Source: Nitrospirota bacterium (lineage in GTDB: Bacteria; Nitrospirota; Thermodesulfovibrionia; UBA6902). From it: 64,000 nt of DNA. The notes under the pieces were generated by a model. The model ran no database searches. It was given only the letters and a program-made list of their open reading frames with translations, and was not told the origin of the DNA. The first letter of the stretch is position 1. Each line of letters begins with the position of its first letter. Both the position numbers and the translations under genes were made by a program. This document shows, piece after piece, positions 7,656-16,318 of the stretch. Location: NCBI GenBank assembly GCA_016234115.1, contig JACRHD010000060.1, positions 41,135 through 105,134 on the forward strand. The letters are read 5' to 3'.

Positions 7656-10097
7656 ATGCAAACATGTGACCACTGCTTACTTCAATTCCCGGACAGAGAA
7701 GCAGTCTACGGGGAAATCAAAGGCCGGAGACAGGTCTTCTGCTGTCACGGATGTATGGGTATTTTCAGTCTGATTAATGATGAGGGACTCGAAGAGTTTT
7801 ATGAGAAACGAGACTCATGGCTGCCCGGCCCCGCTTCCGACAAGCCGTGGAACGCAGCGGCCTTTACGGAACACGTGCGACAGGCCGGGAATGAACTCGA
7901 AACCGAAGTGGTCCTCGACGGCATAAGATGCGCCTCCTGCGTCTGGCTGAATGAGAAGGTCCTGGACAGGACAAAGGGAGTGACATTCGTCAGCGTCAAT
8001 TATGCCACTCATCGGGCAAGGATACGCTGGAGACCTGAAGACACCGGCCTTGATACAATCCTCAGAAGGATTGCGTCAATCGGATATACGCCTAAACCTC
8101 CTGTTGCAGCGGCATATGAAGAAGACTTGAAGGCCGGTCAGAAAGACCTTCTGATACGCCTTGGGACAGCCTCATTTTTTTCAATGCAGCTTATGCTGTA
8201 TTCCACTGCCCTTTACGCGGGATATTTCCAGGGGATTGATGAACGCACAAAAGACATTTTCCATCTCATCTCGCTGATGCTTACAACCCCCGTGCTTTTT
8301 TATTCCGGCTTTCCTTTCATAAATGGAGCGGCAAGGGGATTGCGAAACCGGGTATTCAATATGGACCTGCTTATTGTTACAGGGGCGGGCTCCGCATACC
8401 TGTACAGCATGTTCCAGATGTTTTCAGGCGGGAAGGTATATTTCGACACTGCCGCCATGATAATAACCCTCATCCTTTTAGGCAGATATATAGAGGCCGG
8501 GGCAAAGAGTAAGGCTTCACAAACAATAATCAGGCTCCTGTCTTTAAGTCCGAAGGAAGCGAAGAAAATAAAGGGGCAAGGGGCAAGGAGCAAGGGTCAA
8601 GGGTGGGGAGACACAGATTTCGAAACAGTCCTGATATCTTCTATAAAGCCGGGCGAATTGATTCAGGTGGCCCCGGGCGAGAAGATACCGCTTGACGGCA
8701 TTATGGTATCAGGATCATCAGAGGTCGATGAATCCATGCTTACAGGTGAATCAAGGCCTGTATCGAAGACAGAGGGCGCTGAGGTTTTCTGTGGTACGCA
8801 AAACTTATACGGTAACATCATTTTCGAAGTCAACAGGACCTCCGCGGACACTGTTCTTTCACAGATCATAAAGGTCGTCGGAGATGCGCAGGCGCGGCGC
8901 GCTCCGTTTCAAATGTTTGCGGACAGGGTTGTCGGCTTCTTTGTGCCGTCTGTCCTTCTTCTGAGTATCATGACATTTGCGTACCGCTTTTTAAACGGCA
9001 GCCCGGCCACCGAGGCACTGATGATTTCCATCTCCGTCCTCGTGATAGCCTGCCCGTGCGCCTTAGGTCTTGCAACGCCCCTTGCCGTACTCGCGGGCAC
9101 AACACGCGCCGCGTCAAAAGGCATATTGATCAAAGGCGGTGACGTAATAGAAATAGCAAAGAATATAGACCTTGCAGTCCTGGACAAGACAGGCACCATA
9201 ACAGAAGGCCGCCCCCTCCCCGGCCCGTTCATGACCAGAGGTCTTTCAGAAACAGAAGCCCTCAGCATCGCAGCGTCGCTTGAACGCCATTCCGAGCATT
9301 CGATAGGAAAGGCGATAGCCGGCGCGGCAAAGGGCCTTGAATTGCATGAAGTAACAGGCTTTACTGCGCATCCCGGCAAAGGAGTAAAGGGAGAGGTAAA
9401 CGGGAAGATAGCCCTCATTGGCAACAGGAGCTTCCTGGAATCTGAGGGAATCGATCTCAACCCGGACCATAGTATTCTCTCTGAATCCGTATCCCTCGAA
9501 TCAGCCGGAGCTACTGTTGTTTATTTATCTTATGACGGAGAATTCGCCGGGATATTTTCGGTGTCGGACGCCGTGCGGAAAGAAGCTGCGGAAGCAGTCC
9601 GGCTATTGCAACAGGAAGGTCTTGATGTGGAGATGATAACAGGAGATAATGGTATAACAGCATCGGCGGCGGCAAAGGATGCCTGGATAAATGAAGTAAA
9701 GGCCCGGATGTCTCCTGTTGAAAAGGCCGGTGAGATCAAAAGGATGCAGGATGTAGGAAGGCATGTGATGATGGTAGGTGACGGAATCAACGACGCTCCT
9801 GCGCTGGTGCAGGCCGACATAGGTATCGCGATGGGCAAGGGCACAGACATTGCCCTTGAAAGCTCCGACATGGTGCTGATGAGAGACGACCTCCGTCTTC
9901 TTCCCGAAGCCCTAAGCATTGCGAAAAAGACCTTCTCCGTGATCAGGCAGAATATCTTCTGGGCCTTCTTCTATAACGTGCTCGCGATTCCTCTTGCGAT
10001 AACAGGCGTCCTTCACCCTATTGCCGCAGCCGGCGCCATGGCGTTCAGCTCGTTGAGCGTGGTGGGGAATTCGTTGAGATTGTTGAGGATAAAATAA
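7656..10097 (+). CDS. ccoI: copper-translocating P1B-type ATPase CcoI/FixI
   Basis: Has the N-terminal CDHC...CCHGC motifs and an HMA-like 'GIRCASCV' motif. It also has the CPC motif (IACPCALGLATP), DKTGT, and the GDGINDAP hinge. 813 aa. Confidence 0.85.
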   Translation: MQTCDHCLLQFPDREAVYGEIKGRRQVFCCHGCMGIFSLINDEGLEEFYEKRDSWLPGPASDKPWNAAAFTEHVRQAGNELETEVVLDGIRCASCVWLNEKVLDRTKGVTFVSVNYATHRARIRWRPEDTGLDTILRRIASIGYTPKPPVAAAYEEDLKAGQKDLLIRLGTASFFSMQLMLYSTALYAGYFQGIDERTKDIFHLISLMLTTPVLFYSGFPFINGAARGLRNRVFNMDLLIVTGAGSAYLYSMFQMFSGGKVYFDTAAMIITLILLGRYIEAGAKSKASQTIIRLLSLSPKEAKKIKGQGARSKGQGWGDTDFETVLISSIKPGELIQVAPGEKIPLDGIMVSGSSEVDESMLTGESRPVSKTEGAEVFCGTQNLYGNIIFEVNRTSADTVLSQIIKVVGDAQARRAPFQMFADRVVGFFVPSVLLLSIMTFAYRFLNGSPATEALMISISVLVIACPCALGLATPLAVLAGTTRAASKGILIKGGDVIEIAKNIDLAVLDKTGTITEGRPLPGPFMTRGLSETEALSIAASLERHSEHSIGKAIAGAAKGLELHEVTGFTAHPGKGVKGEVNGKIALIGNRSFLESEGIDLNPDHSILSESVSLESAGATVVYLSYDGEFAGIFSVSDAVRKEAAEAVRLLQQEGLDVEMITGDNGITASAAAKDAWINEVKARMSPVEKAGEIKRMQDVGRHVMMVGDGINDAPALVQADIGIAMGKGTDIALESSDMVLMRDDLRLLPEALSIAKKTFSVIRQNIFWAFFYNVLAIPLAITGVLHPIAAAGAMAFSSLSVVGNSLRLLRIK

Positions 10098-10126
10098 TTA
10101 ACCACAGAGGACACAGAGAACAAAAG

Positions 10127-10191
10127 TGACAAGTGACGAGTAACAGGAGCTCAAAGAGCCCACCAGTCACTCGTTACTTGTCACTTGTTAC
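10127..10191. repeat. heptad-built inverted-repeat hairpin
   Basis: gtgacaagtgacgagtaacag / loop / gtcactcgttacttgtcacttgttac. Confidence 0.7.
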
Positions 10192-10201
10192 TTTTTATAT
10201 T

Positions 10202-10348
10202 ATGTGGAGCATACTTCTTTTAATATTTCTCACATTGTGCGCGGGGCTTGCCGCATGGCTGTTTTTCCTGTGGGCGGTCAAGAGCGGCCAGTATGATGAT
10301 GCGGAGAAGCCGAAGTATCGGATGCTTGATGATGAGGACAGACAGTGA
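10202..10348 (+). CDS. ccoS: cbb3 oxidase maturation protein CcoS/FixS
   Basis: 'MWSILLLIFLTLCAGLAAWLFFLWAVKSGQYDDAEKPKYRMLDDEDRQ' matches the CcoS consensus W..AVKSGQ(F/Y)DD.E.P. Its stop TGA is the first heptad of another half-repeat (10345-10373). Confidence 0.7.
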   Translation: MWSILLLIFLTLCAGLAAWLFFLWAVKSGQYDDAEKPKYRMLDDEDRQ

Positions 10349-10404
10349 CAAGTGACGAGTAACATGTAACAAGTTTTGCGCTTGACAACCGGAGTCCTTC
10401 GGTG

Positions 10405-10743
10405 TTAGATACCGATTATTTCATTCAACCCCTCAACTGCCAGTGCCAACTCTTCTGGAGATACCCTTCCAAGCTTCTTTCCAATTCTCTCAACAGAAAG
10501 AGTTCTAATCTGACTGATCTTAACCCAAGACCGTTTGGGTAAATATTCAAATTTTAATTCTAACGTCAAAGGAAAACCCGCATGTTGTGGCTGACTGGTA
10601 AGAGCCATAGCGATTACTGTTCCTGAACGCTCATTAAAGATATCATGACTCAAGATTAAGACAGGTCTCATGCCTGCTTGCTCATGACCACGCGTTGGAT
10701 TTAAATCAGCCCATCGAATCTCTCCCCTTAATATTTTGGCCAT
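10405..10743 (-). CDS. type II toxin, PemK/MazF-family endoribonuclease
   Basis: 'RGEIRWADLNPTRGHEQAGMRPVLILSHDIFNERSGTVIAMALTS' matches the MazF/PemK fold. It overlaps the upstream RHH gene by 16 nt. Confidence 0.8.
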   Translation of the reverse strand: MAKILRGEIRWADLNPTRGHEQAGMRPVLILSHDIFNERSGTVIAMALTSQPQHAGFPLTLELKFEYLPKRSWVKISQIRTLSVERIGKKLGRVSPEELALAVEGLNEIIGI

Positions 10744-10970
10744 TCACTTAAATCCTCGCATAATCCTTCCTCAGCCATCGCCCTCTCAAATGTTGGATCC
10801 AATTTGGCACATTCCTTTGCTAAACGATTGCGCTCCAATCTCTCTATTTTTTCATCAACCGCTTCCTGAATTGCCTGACTACGATTTGAAAAGATTTGTT
10901 CATGAACAAGATGGTCCAGGCGTTTGATAGAATCTTGTTCCAAAGTTATAGCAATTTTTGCTTTACTCAT
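10728..10970 (-). CDS. ribbon-helix-helix antitoxin (CopG/MazE-like)
   Basis: 'MSKAKIAITLEQDSIKRLDHLV...SNRSQAIQEAV' reads as an RHH motif. RBS gggaggtg. Confidence 0.7.
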   Translation of the reverse strand: MSKAKIAITLEQDSIKRLDHLVHEQIFSNRSQAIQEAVDEKIERLERNRLAKECAKLDPTFERAMAEEGLCEDLSEWPKY

Positions 10971-11492
10971 ATATTCACCTCCCGGTATTACCATATATCA
11001 TACCGAATACCGGAAATACGTTCAAGCTGCTATCATTCCACCCGTAACGGTCTTGCCATCGTGTCCCCCACCTTCAAACGATAAATTAAATTAAACAACA
11101 GTGCCGTTTCGAGTCAATGCATTTCGCTTTTAAAATATTTTTTCAAGGGCTGACCCCTTGCCGTTCTGATTTCAAGCCCCGACCCATTTGCTGCTCTTTA
11201 AAAGAGCAAAATGAAAGACTTGACCCTCATCCTTGACTCACTGTGGCACTCGTTCAACTCCATCACAAATGACAACTGTTTGTTTTTTAGAGACTTGAAA
11301 AACTGATATTCGCAATTCATCATATTACGCAGATAATACGCCCTTCGTAATATCCGGGCTCAATTACATTATGGTGGGACAAGATGCATAGGGACGCTTT
11401 ACCGTGTCATGAATTTCCGCTTGCCCACGCCTTGTTGATGAAAAGTATATTCCATCCTGGCTTCATGGTCAAGCAAATTCTTGGCAGCGGCC

Positions 11493-12509
11493 TCACAGCG
11501 TCTTCATAAACCCCTCAAGCGCCCCTATCTGTTTCCGGAGTCTTTCGAATTCCCTGAAATTCAGGGACTGGGGTCCGTCTGAAAGCGCGTGTTCCGGGTC
11601 CGGGTGCACCTCGATCATCGCGCCGTGAGCGCCCGCAGCGACAGAGGCTAAGGCCATTGACGGGACCAGGTTTCTCTTCCCGGTCGCATGACTCGGGTCG
11701 AAGATAACAGGCAGGTGAGAAATAGCCTTTACGAGAGTAATGACGGAAAGGTCTGCCGTATTGCGGGTGGCTGTCTCGAATGTCCTTATCCCCCGCTCGC
11801 AGAGAACAACTTCCGGGTTGCCCTCGAGGAGGATATATTCCGCGGAGGCTAACCATTCTTCCACGGTTGCTGAAAGCCCCCTCTTCAACAAGACCGGCTT
11901 GCGCGTCTTGCCGACTTCTTTAAGGAGGTCATAATTCTGCATATTGCGGGCGCCTATCTGGAGGACATCGACATGCTCCGAAACGAGCCCAACGTGTTCT
12001 GGGCTCATGACTTCAGTGATGGTAAGTATTCCGACCTCTTCCCCTACAGATGAAAGTATCTCAAGCCCCTCCTCCCTCAGGCCCTGGAAACTGTGAGGGC
12101 TTGTCCTCGGCTTATAGGCCCCTCCCCTCAGGACAGGGACACCGATCTTTTTGAGGAAGCGCGCCGTCCTGAAAGTCTGCTTCCTGTCCTCGACAGCGCA
12201 GGGTCCTGCAATCAGCAGGAAGGGAGACTTTCCGCCCACCTTTGTCTTTCCGCCGATTTTGACCACGGTGTCTGCGGGATGGAAGTCCCTGCTCACTAAT
12301 TTATAAGGCTTGGTAACGTGGATTATCTCTAATATCCCCTTCATGCCCCTGAAAGGAGTATCGTCCACCCATCCCTGGTTTCCTATCACTCCGATGGCAG
12401 TCCTCTCAGCGCCTGGAATCGCAACGGCCTTAAATCCAATAGAGGAGATTGTCTTTTTTACCTTCTCAACATCCTTCCCCAAAGCCGAATGGTGCATCAC
12501 TATGAGCAT
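11493..12509 (-). CDS. 3-deoxy-7-phosphoheptulonate (DAHP) synthase, class I-beta with an N-terminal regulatory (ferredoxin-like/ACT) domain
   Basis: 'LLIAGPCAVEDR', 'GGAYKPRTSPHSFQGLREEGL' and 'VIFDPSHATG' form the DAHPS/KDO8PS TIM-barrel core. Confidence 0.8.
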   Translation of the reverse strand: MLIVMHHSALGKDVEKVKKTISSIGFKAVAIPGAERTAIGVIGNQGWVDDTPFRGMKGILEIIHVTKPYKLVSRDFHPADTVVKIGGKTKVGGKSPFLLIAGPCAVEDRKQTFRTARFLKKIGVPVLRGGAYKPRTSPHSFQGLREEGLEILSSVGEEVGILTITEVMSPEHVGLVSEHVDVLQIGARNMQNYDLLKEVGKTRKPVLLKRGLSATVEEWLASAEYILLEGNPEVVLCERGIRTFETATRNTADLSVITLVKAISHLPVIFDPSHATGKRNLVPSMALASVAAGAHGAMIEVHPDPEHALSDGPQSLNFREFERLRKQIGALEGFMKTL

Positions 12510-12713
12510 GACCGACTCCTTCCCTCTTTCTTAATGCAGGCGTCCTCTAAAGAACAAAGATTTATTGTTCGCTGAGAAAAGATGGTTTATTCTAAATTCA
12601 CTGGTAGGAAATATCAAGATAATTTCGACTCTCGAAGTAACCGCTCATGCAGGGACATAGACTCCTTCCTGCCGCCCCAGGCAACTATAGTCTGTGGCAA
12701 AATGACAATCGCC

Positions 12714-13391
12714 CTAAACCGGCCTCCCAATCCTCTGATAGTTGGCCATGGATTTATTGCATATGTAACATGGCGCCAAAGGCTGTTCGGCAAGGGTAGA
12801 GCCGCAGACTTTGCATACGTAAAAATCAAACTTCATTTCTTCAATTCTGCCGACTATTACGGATAGAAAGAACCTGGCGTATTTGTTTAATTGGCCTATC
12901 AGCTCCTGGTGCTGCTGATGGGATTTCCACGAATACATGCAACAACTGACGGCCTCGTCATATGCATCGGTTTCCAGTTTCTTCAGGATATCGGGATAGA
13001 TTATTTCTATTTTTCGCATTTCTATTTGCGCGGCCTCTTTCAGGTTTTTCTTGGTATCTTTCATGTTGATTTCTATATGAATGTCCTGCACCTTTTCCCC
13101 GGAGGCTTCCAGGACAGCCTTATAATTGTCCGCGTGTATCTCCTCCGAAACAGCAAAAGCCCCAAACAGGTATGCAATATTGGGATAATTCTCCTGCAAG
13201 GCCTTGTCTTTAAAACTCTCGTAATGCTCATAAGCCGACATTTCAGCTAAATAGGCATCATGCAAGGCCGATACTGTTACGGGGCATTCCCTTAATGTCT
13301 TATGACATTCTTTTTCGCCCTGAGCGGGCAACGCATAGATAAGAGATGAAGCCATTGCAAGATGCAGAAACTGTCTTCTTGATAAATCCAT
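12714..13391 (-). CDS. rubrerythrin-family diiron protein with a twin-arginine (Tat) signal peptide and a C-terminal rubredoxin-like Cys4 domain
   Basis: N-terminus 'MDLSRRQFLHLAMASSLIYALPAQG'. Ferritin-like ExxH motifs (EEIH, KSHQQH). C-terminus CKVCG...CYIC. Confidence 0.55.
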   Translation of the reverse strand: MDLSRRQFLHLAMASSLIYALPAQGEKECHKTLRECPVTVSALHDAYLAEMSAYEHYESFKDKALQENYPNIAYLFGAFAVSEEIHADNYKAVLEASGEKVQDIHIEINMKDTKKNLKEAAQIEMRKIEIIYPDILKKLETDAYDEAVSCCMYSWKSHQQHQELIGQLNKYARFFLSVIVGRIEEMKFDFYVCKVCGSTLAEQPLAPCYICNKSMANYQRIGRPV

Positions 13392-13500
13392 ACGTCACCT
13401 CATTCAAATTTGGAATGGTTCTTAACTAAATTCTACCACTCCTTCAGGAAATATCAACCCTTGGTCCGGTCGCTACGAATACCCGTTCCGAAGCGACAGG

Positions 13501-14373
13501 CTACCAGATAATGCTCACCGCGTCCTTGACGACATCGACCTTCGCGGGCAAGGTCCCGAAATAATCCCCGTCAACCTGCACGTGGACCGTGCCTTCGGAC
13601 GTTATTTCAAGCCCTGTTGTCCTGAAATAAGAAACGTCTTTAAAAAGAAGGTGCCTTCTCCGCATTACGCCAAAGATAAAGCGCAGAATATCCTTTCTTG
13701 TCTTACCCTTGAAAACACAAACATCAACATACGGTTCAGTAATGCGGGCGTCGGGTGTGACGTAAAAAAATCCGCCGTAATTGCTTGCCTTGCCGACAAT
13801 AACGGTGTATCCCGTCAACTCACTTCCATCATATCTGATCTTAATGAGGGACGGCCCGTATCGGCCGAGGACCCTGAAACCGGACACAATGTGCGCAGCT
13901 TTGCCGGATATTTTTTTTATCATATTATTCCTGACCCCCAGCACCGTCTCCGCGTCAAACCCTATGCCCGCCATTGAAGCAAAGAACCAGCCATTGATTC
14001 TGCCGAGAGATACTCTTCTGGGGTCGCCGGACAAGGCAAGGTCCACGGCCCTGTCGATTCTTTCAGAAACGCGCAGCTCTTTTGCAAGGACATTGGTAGT
14101 GCCGAGAGGGACCAGTGCGAGTGGAATTTCAGTCAGTCTGAGGTTTGAAGAGGAAAGGACACCGTTTATCACTTCATTGAATGTGCCGTCGCCGCCGGCG
14201 GAGATGATACGGTCGACGCCAGAAAGTCCTTTTGCAAAGTTAAACGCGTCTCCTTTTTTCTGTGTAATGAACGTCTTGAGACGAGCGCTTTTTTTTAACA
14301 GGGTCTCGATCCTGTCAATTGCCCTGTATGCCCTATTCCCGGCCGCGGGATTTACGATGAGACTTACGTTCAA
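13501..14373 (-). CDS. diacylglycerol-kinase catalytic-domain lipid kinase (YegS/BmrU family)
   Basis: 'LIVNPAAG...' and 'ISAGGDGTFNEVINGV' form the DAGK_cat signature. Confidence 0.75.
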   Translation of the reverse strand: MNVSLIVNPAAGNRAYRAIDRIETLLKKSARLKTFITQKKGDAFNFAKGLSGVDRIISAGGDGTFNEVINGVLSSSNLRLTEIPLALVPLGTTNVLAKELRVSERIDRAVDLALSGDPRRVSLGRINGWFFASMAGIGFDAETVLGVRNNMIKKISGKAAHIVSGFRVLGRYGPSLIKIRYDGSELTGYTVIVGKASNYGGFFYVTPDARITEPYVDVCVFKGKTRKDILRFIFGVMRRRHLLFKDVSYFRTTGLEITSEGTVHVQVDGDYFGTLPAKVDVVKDAVSIIW

Positions 14374-15154
14374 GGATTTCCTTTAAGGTCAACATCCCTT
14401 CGCAAGGTTTGATTTTATCAATTAATACAGGGGTCATCTGGAGATATTTAATGAGTTCCTTTATCTCTCCGCCCGTGACAAAAAAGGCCCTGCCGCCATA
14501 TGGCACCCCTTTTTTCTTTATGTGCGGGAGCCTGATATACCCGTATGCGCGGCTGGCGATATATCCTGTCGTATAGTTCGGATCATCCGATATACACAGC
14601 TCTCCTAATACCATGGGGTACCTGTGGACCTTGCTGGCCAGTATCAGCGCCTCTTTAACAGTGCTGTTATCGAGAGAGAGCTTTGCCAACTGTTTTGAAA
14701 GCTGTGCCTCAGCGTTCTTTGAGATCCCCATACGGGTAACCCTGACCCCTCGAAGGAGGTCCGGTTCAAGCCTTACCCCTTCGATATCCATAAGCATGGC
14801 GCCCCTCATTGTGATTCCCATTCTGAGGGAGTTAAACGCCTCATCAATGGCCCTGTCGGTTATGCCGATTGATGAAAGTATTTTAAATGCCGCCTTGCGC
14901 ACCGCTTCCGGCCTTGTCGCATTAAGGGTGCAAAGAGGCAGGGATGAAATCCTGCCGGGCTTCTCCTTGAGCTCCTCTATTGCGATATGAATCTCATCCG
15001 CCCTTCCCTTTTCATGCGTCAACGCCCTGCCGGTATATTCCCGTACGACATCGAGAATGTCGCCTTTTTCATAAATGCCTTCGGCCCCCGACATATGAAC
15101 GCTGTTTTCAGCGGCCCTCATTCTGATACTGTAATATAAACGTCCCGACATCAA
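14333..15154 (-). CDS. bioW: 6-carboxyhexanoate--CoA ligase (pimeloyl-CoA synthetase) BioW
   Basis: 'YYSIRMRAAENSVHMSGAE' and 'EALILASKVHRYPMVLGELCISDDPNYTTGYIASRAYGYIRL...GGRAFFV' resemble the B. subtilis BioW as I recall it from memory. It sits directly upstream of bioB. Confidence 0.7.
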   Translation of the reverse strand: MMSGRLYYSIRMRAAENSVHMSGAEGIYEKGDILDVVREYTGRALTHEKGRADEIHIAIEELKEKPGRISSLPLCTLNATRPEAVRKAAFKILSSIGITDRAIDEAFNSLRMGITMRGAMLMDIEGVRLEPDLLRGVRVTRMGISKNAEAQLSKQLAKLSLDNSTVKEALILASKVHRYPMVLGELCISDDPNYTTGYIASRAYGYIRLPHIKKKGVPYGGRAFFVTGGEIKELIKYLQMTPVLIDKIKPCEGMLTLKEILERKSHRKSRGRE

Positions 15155-16131
15155 ATCTCCAGTCCCAAATCTTTAATCATCTGCAGATCGTCCCCTGTGC
15201 GCCGCCCCTGCGTCGTCAGATAATTCCCCGCCAAAAGCCCATCTGCGCCGGCATAAAATATATATGAGTTGAGGTCCCTGAGGGTCGCGGGCCTGCCGCC
15301 GCAAACCCTTATCTGGCGATCAGGGAGGACAAGCCTGTATATTGCTATTATCTTCAGGGCCTCCAGCGGACTCATCGTCTCCCTGCCTTCCAGCGGGGTG
15401 CCGGTCACGGGAGTAAAAAAATTGACCGGCACTGAATCCACCCCGAGTTCTTTCAGGGCAAAGGCCATGTCGATCCGGTCTGCCCATGATTCACCGAGAC
15501 CGAATATCCCGCCGCTGCATACGGAAAGCGCGAGAGACTTCGCGGCTTCAATGGTTTTGACTTTTTCCCGGTAGGTATGAGTAGTGCATATCTCGCTGAA
15601 AAATGCCTCGGAAGTTTCGAGATTATGATGATACCTCCTCAGTCCCGCTTCTTTCAGTTTTTCAAGTTGCCCCTTATCTAACAGTCCCAAAGTAGCGCAG
15701 GGAAGGAGTCCCGTATCCCGGACCCCGGAAATGATGTCACAGATTTTATCCAACTCCTTACCGCCGGTCTTCTTCCCGCTCGTGACTATGCAAAAGCGCC
15801 TGATTCCTGATTCTCTTGCGGACGCCGCAGCCTTAAGGACCACATCACCGTCAAGCAATGGATAGACCGGGGACCCCGTTTTACTACGCGCTGATTGGGC
15901 GCAAAAAGAACAGTCCTCGGGACATGCTCCCGATTTTGCATTAATAATGGAGCAAAGATCGACCTTATTGCCCCGAAACTTCACCCTTGTTCTGTTGGCC
16001 GATGCAAAGAGGTCGAATATTTCCGGACCGTTAATCCGTGACATATCAAGCGCGGTCTGTCTGTCTATCCCCTGGGCCGCATTCCTGGTTCCGACTCCCG
16101 TCTCCTGACCCCTGTTTCGTGTTTTCAGCAT
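15151..16131 (-). CDS. bioB: biotin synthase BioB (radical SAM)
   Basis: 'CPEDCSFCAQS' is the CxxxCxxC motif. 'YHHNLETS' and the usual C-terminal auxiliary-cluster residues are also present. Confidence 0.9.
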   Translation of the reverse strand: MLKTRNRGQETGVGTRNAAQGIDRQTALDMSRINGPEIFDLFASANRTRVKFRGNKVDLCSIINAKSGACPEDCSFCAQSARSKTGSPVYPLLDGDVVLKAAASARESGIRRFCIVTSGKKTGGKELDKICDIISGVRDTGLLPCATLGLLDKGQLEKLKEAGLRRYHHNLETSEAFFSEICTTHTYREKVKTIEAAKSLALSVCSGGIFGLGESWADRIDMAFALKELGVDSVPVNFFTPVTGTPLEGRETMSPLEALKIIAIYRLVLPDRQIRVCGGRPATLRDLNSYIFYAGADGLLAGNYLTTQGRRTGDDLQMIKDLGLEI

Positions 16132-16318
16132 GTGCTATTATCTACACACAAAAAGGCCGTTGTCAATAACGGGAGTGCTTCATATATTGGGGAGGACGGA
16201 TGTTTCCGGCGCAGCGCTTTCCCTGATCAAACAACCTGTTTTGTTTTGTTTTTAAAGGGTTAGGTGGCCTACCATAAAGTTATTCAGCAAGCGTTAAAGG
16301 CGCTATATAGTTTAAAAA

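Noticed and set aside
8909-9460. 183-aa minus-strand ORF inside ccoI
   Set aside because: It is embedded in a P-type ATPase gene with all signature motifs on the plus strand.
4446-10375. CRISPR array
   Set aside because: The repeat unit is only 7 nt and tandem without spacers. Copies are arranged as inverted arms. No cas genes were seen.
13781-14386. 201-aa plus-strand ORF overlapping the lipid kinase gene
   Set aside because: It is antisense to a gene with the GGDGT DAGK signature. Its composition is low-complexity.
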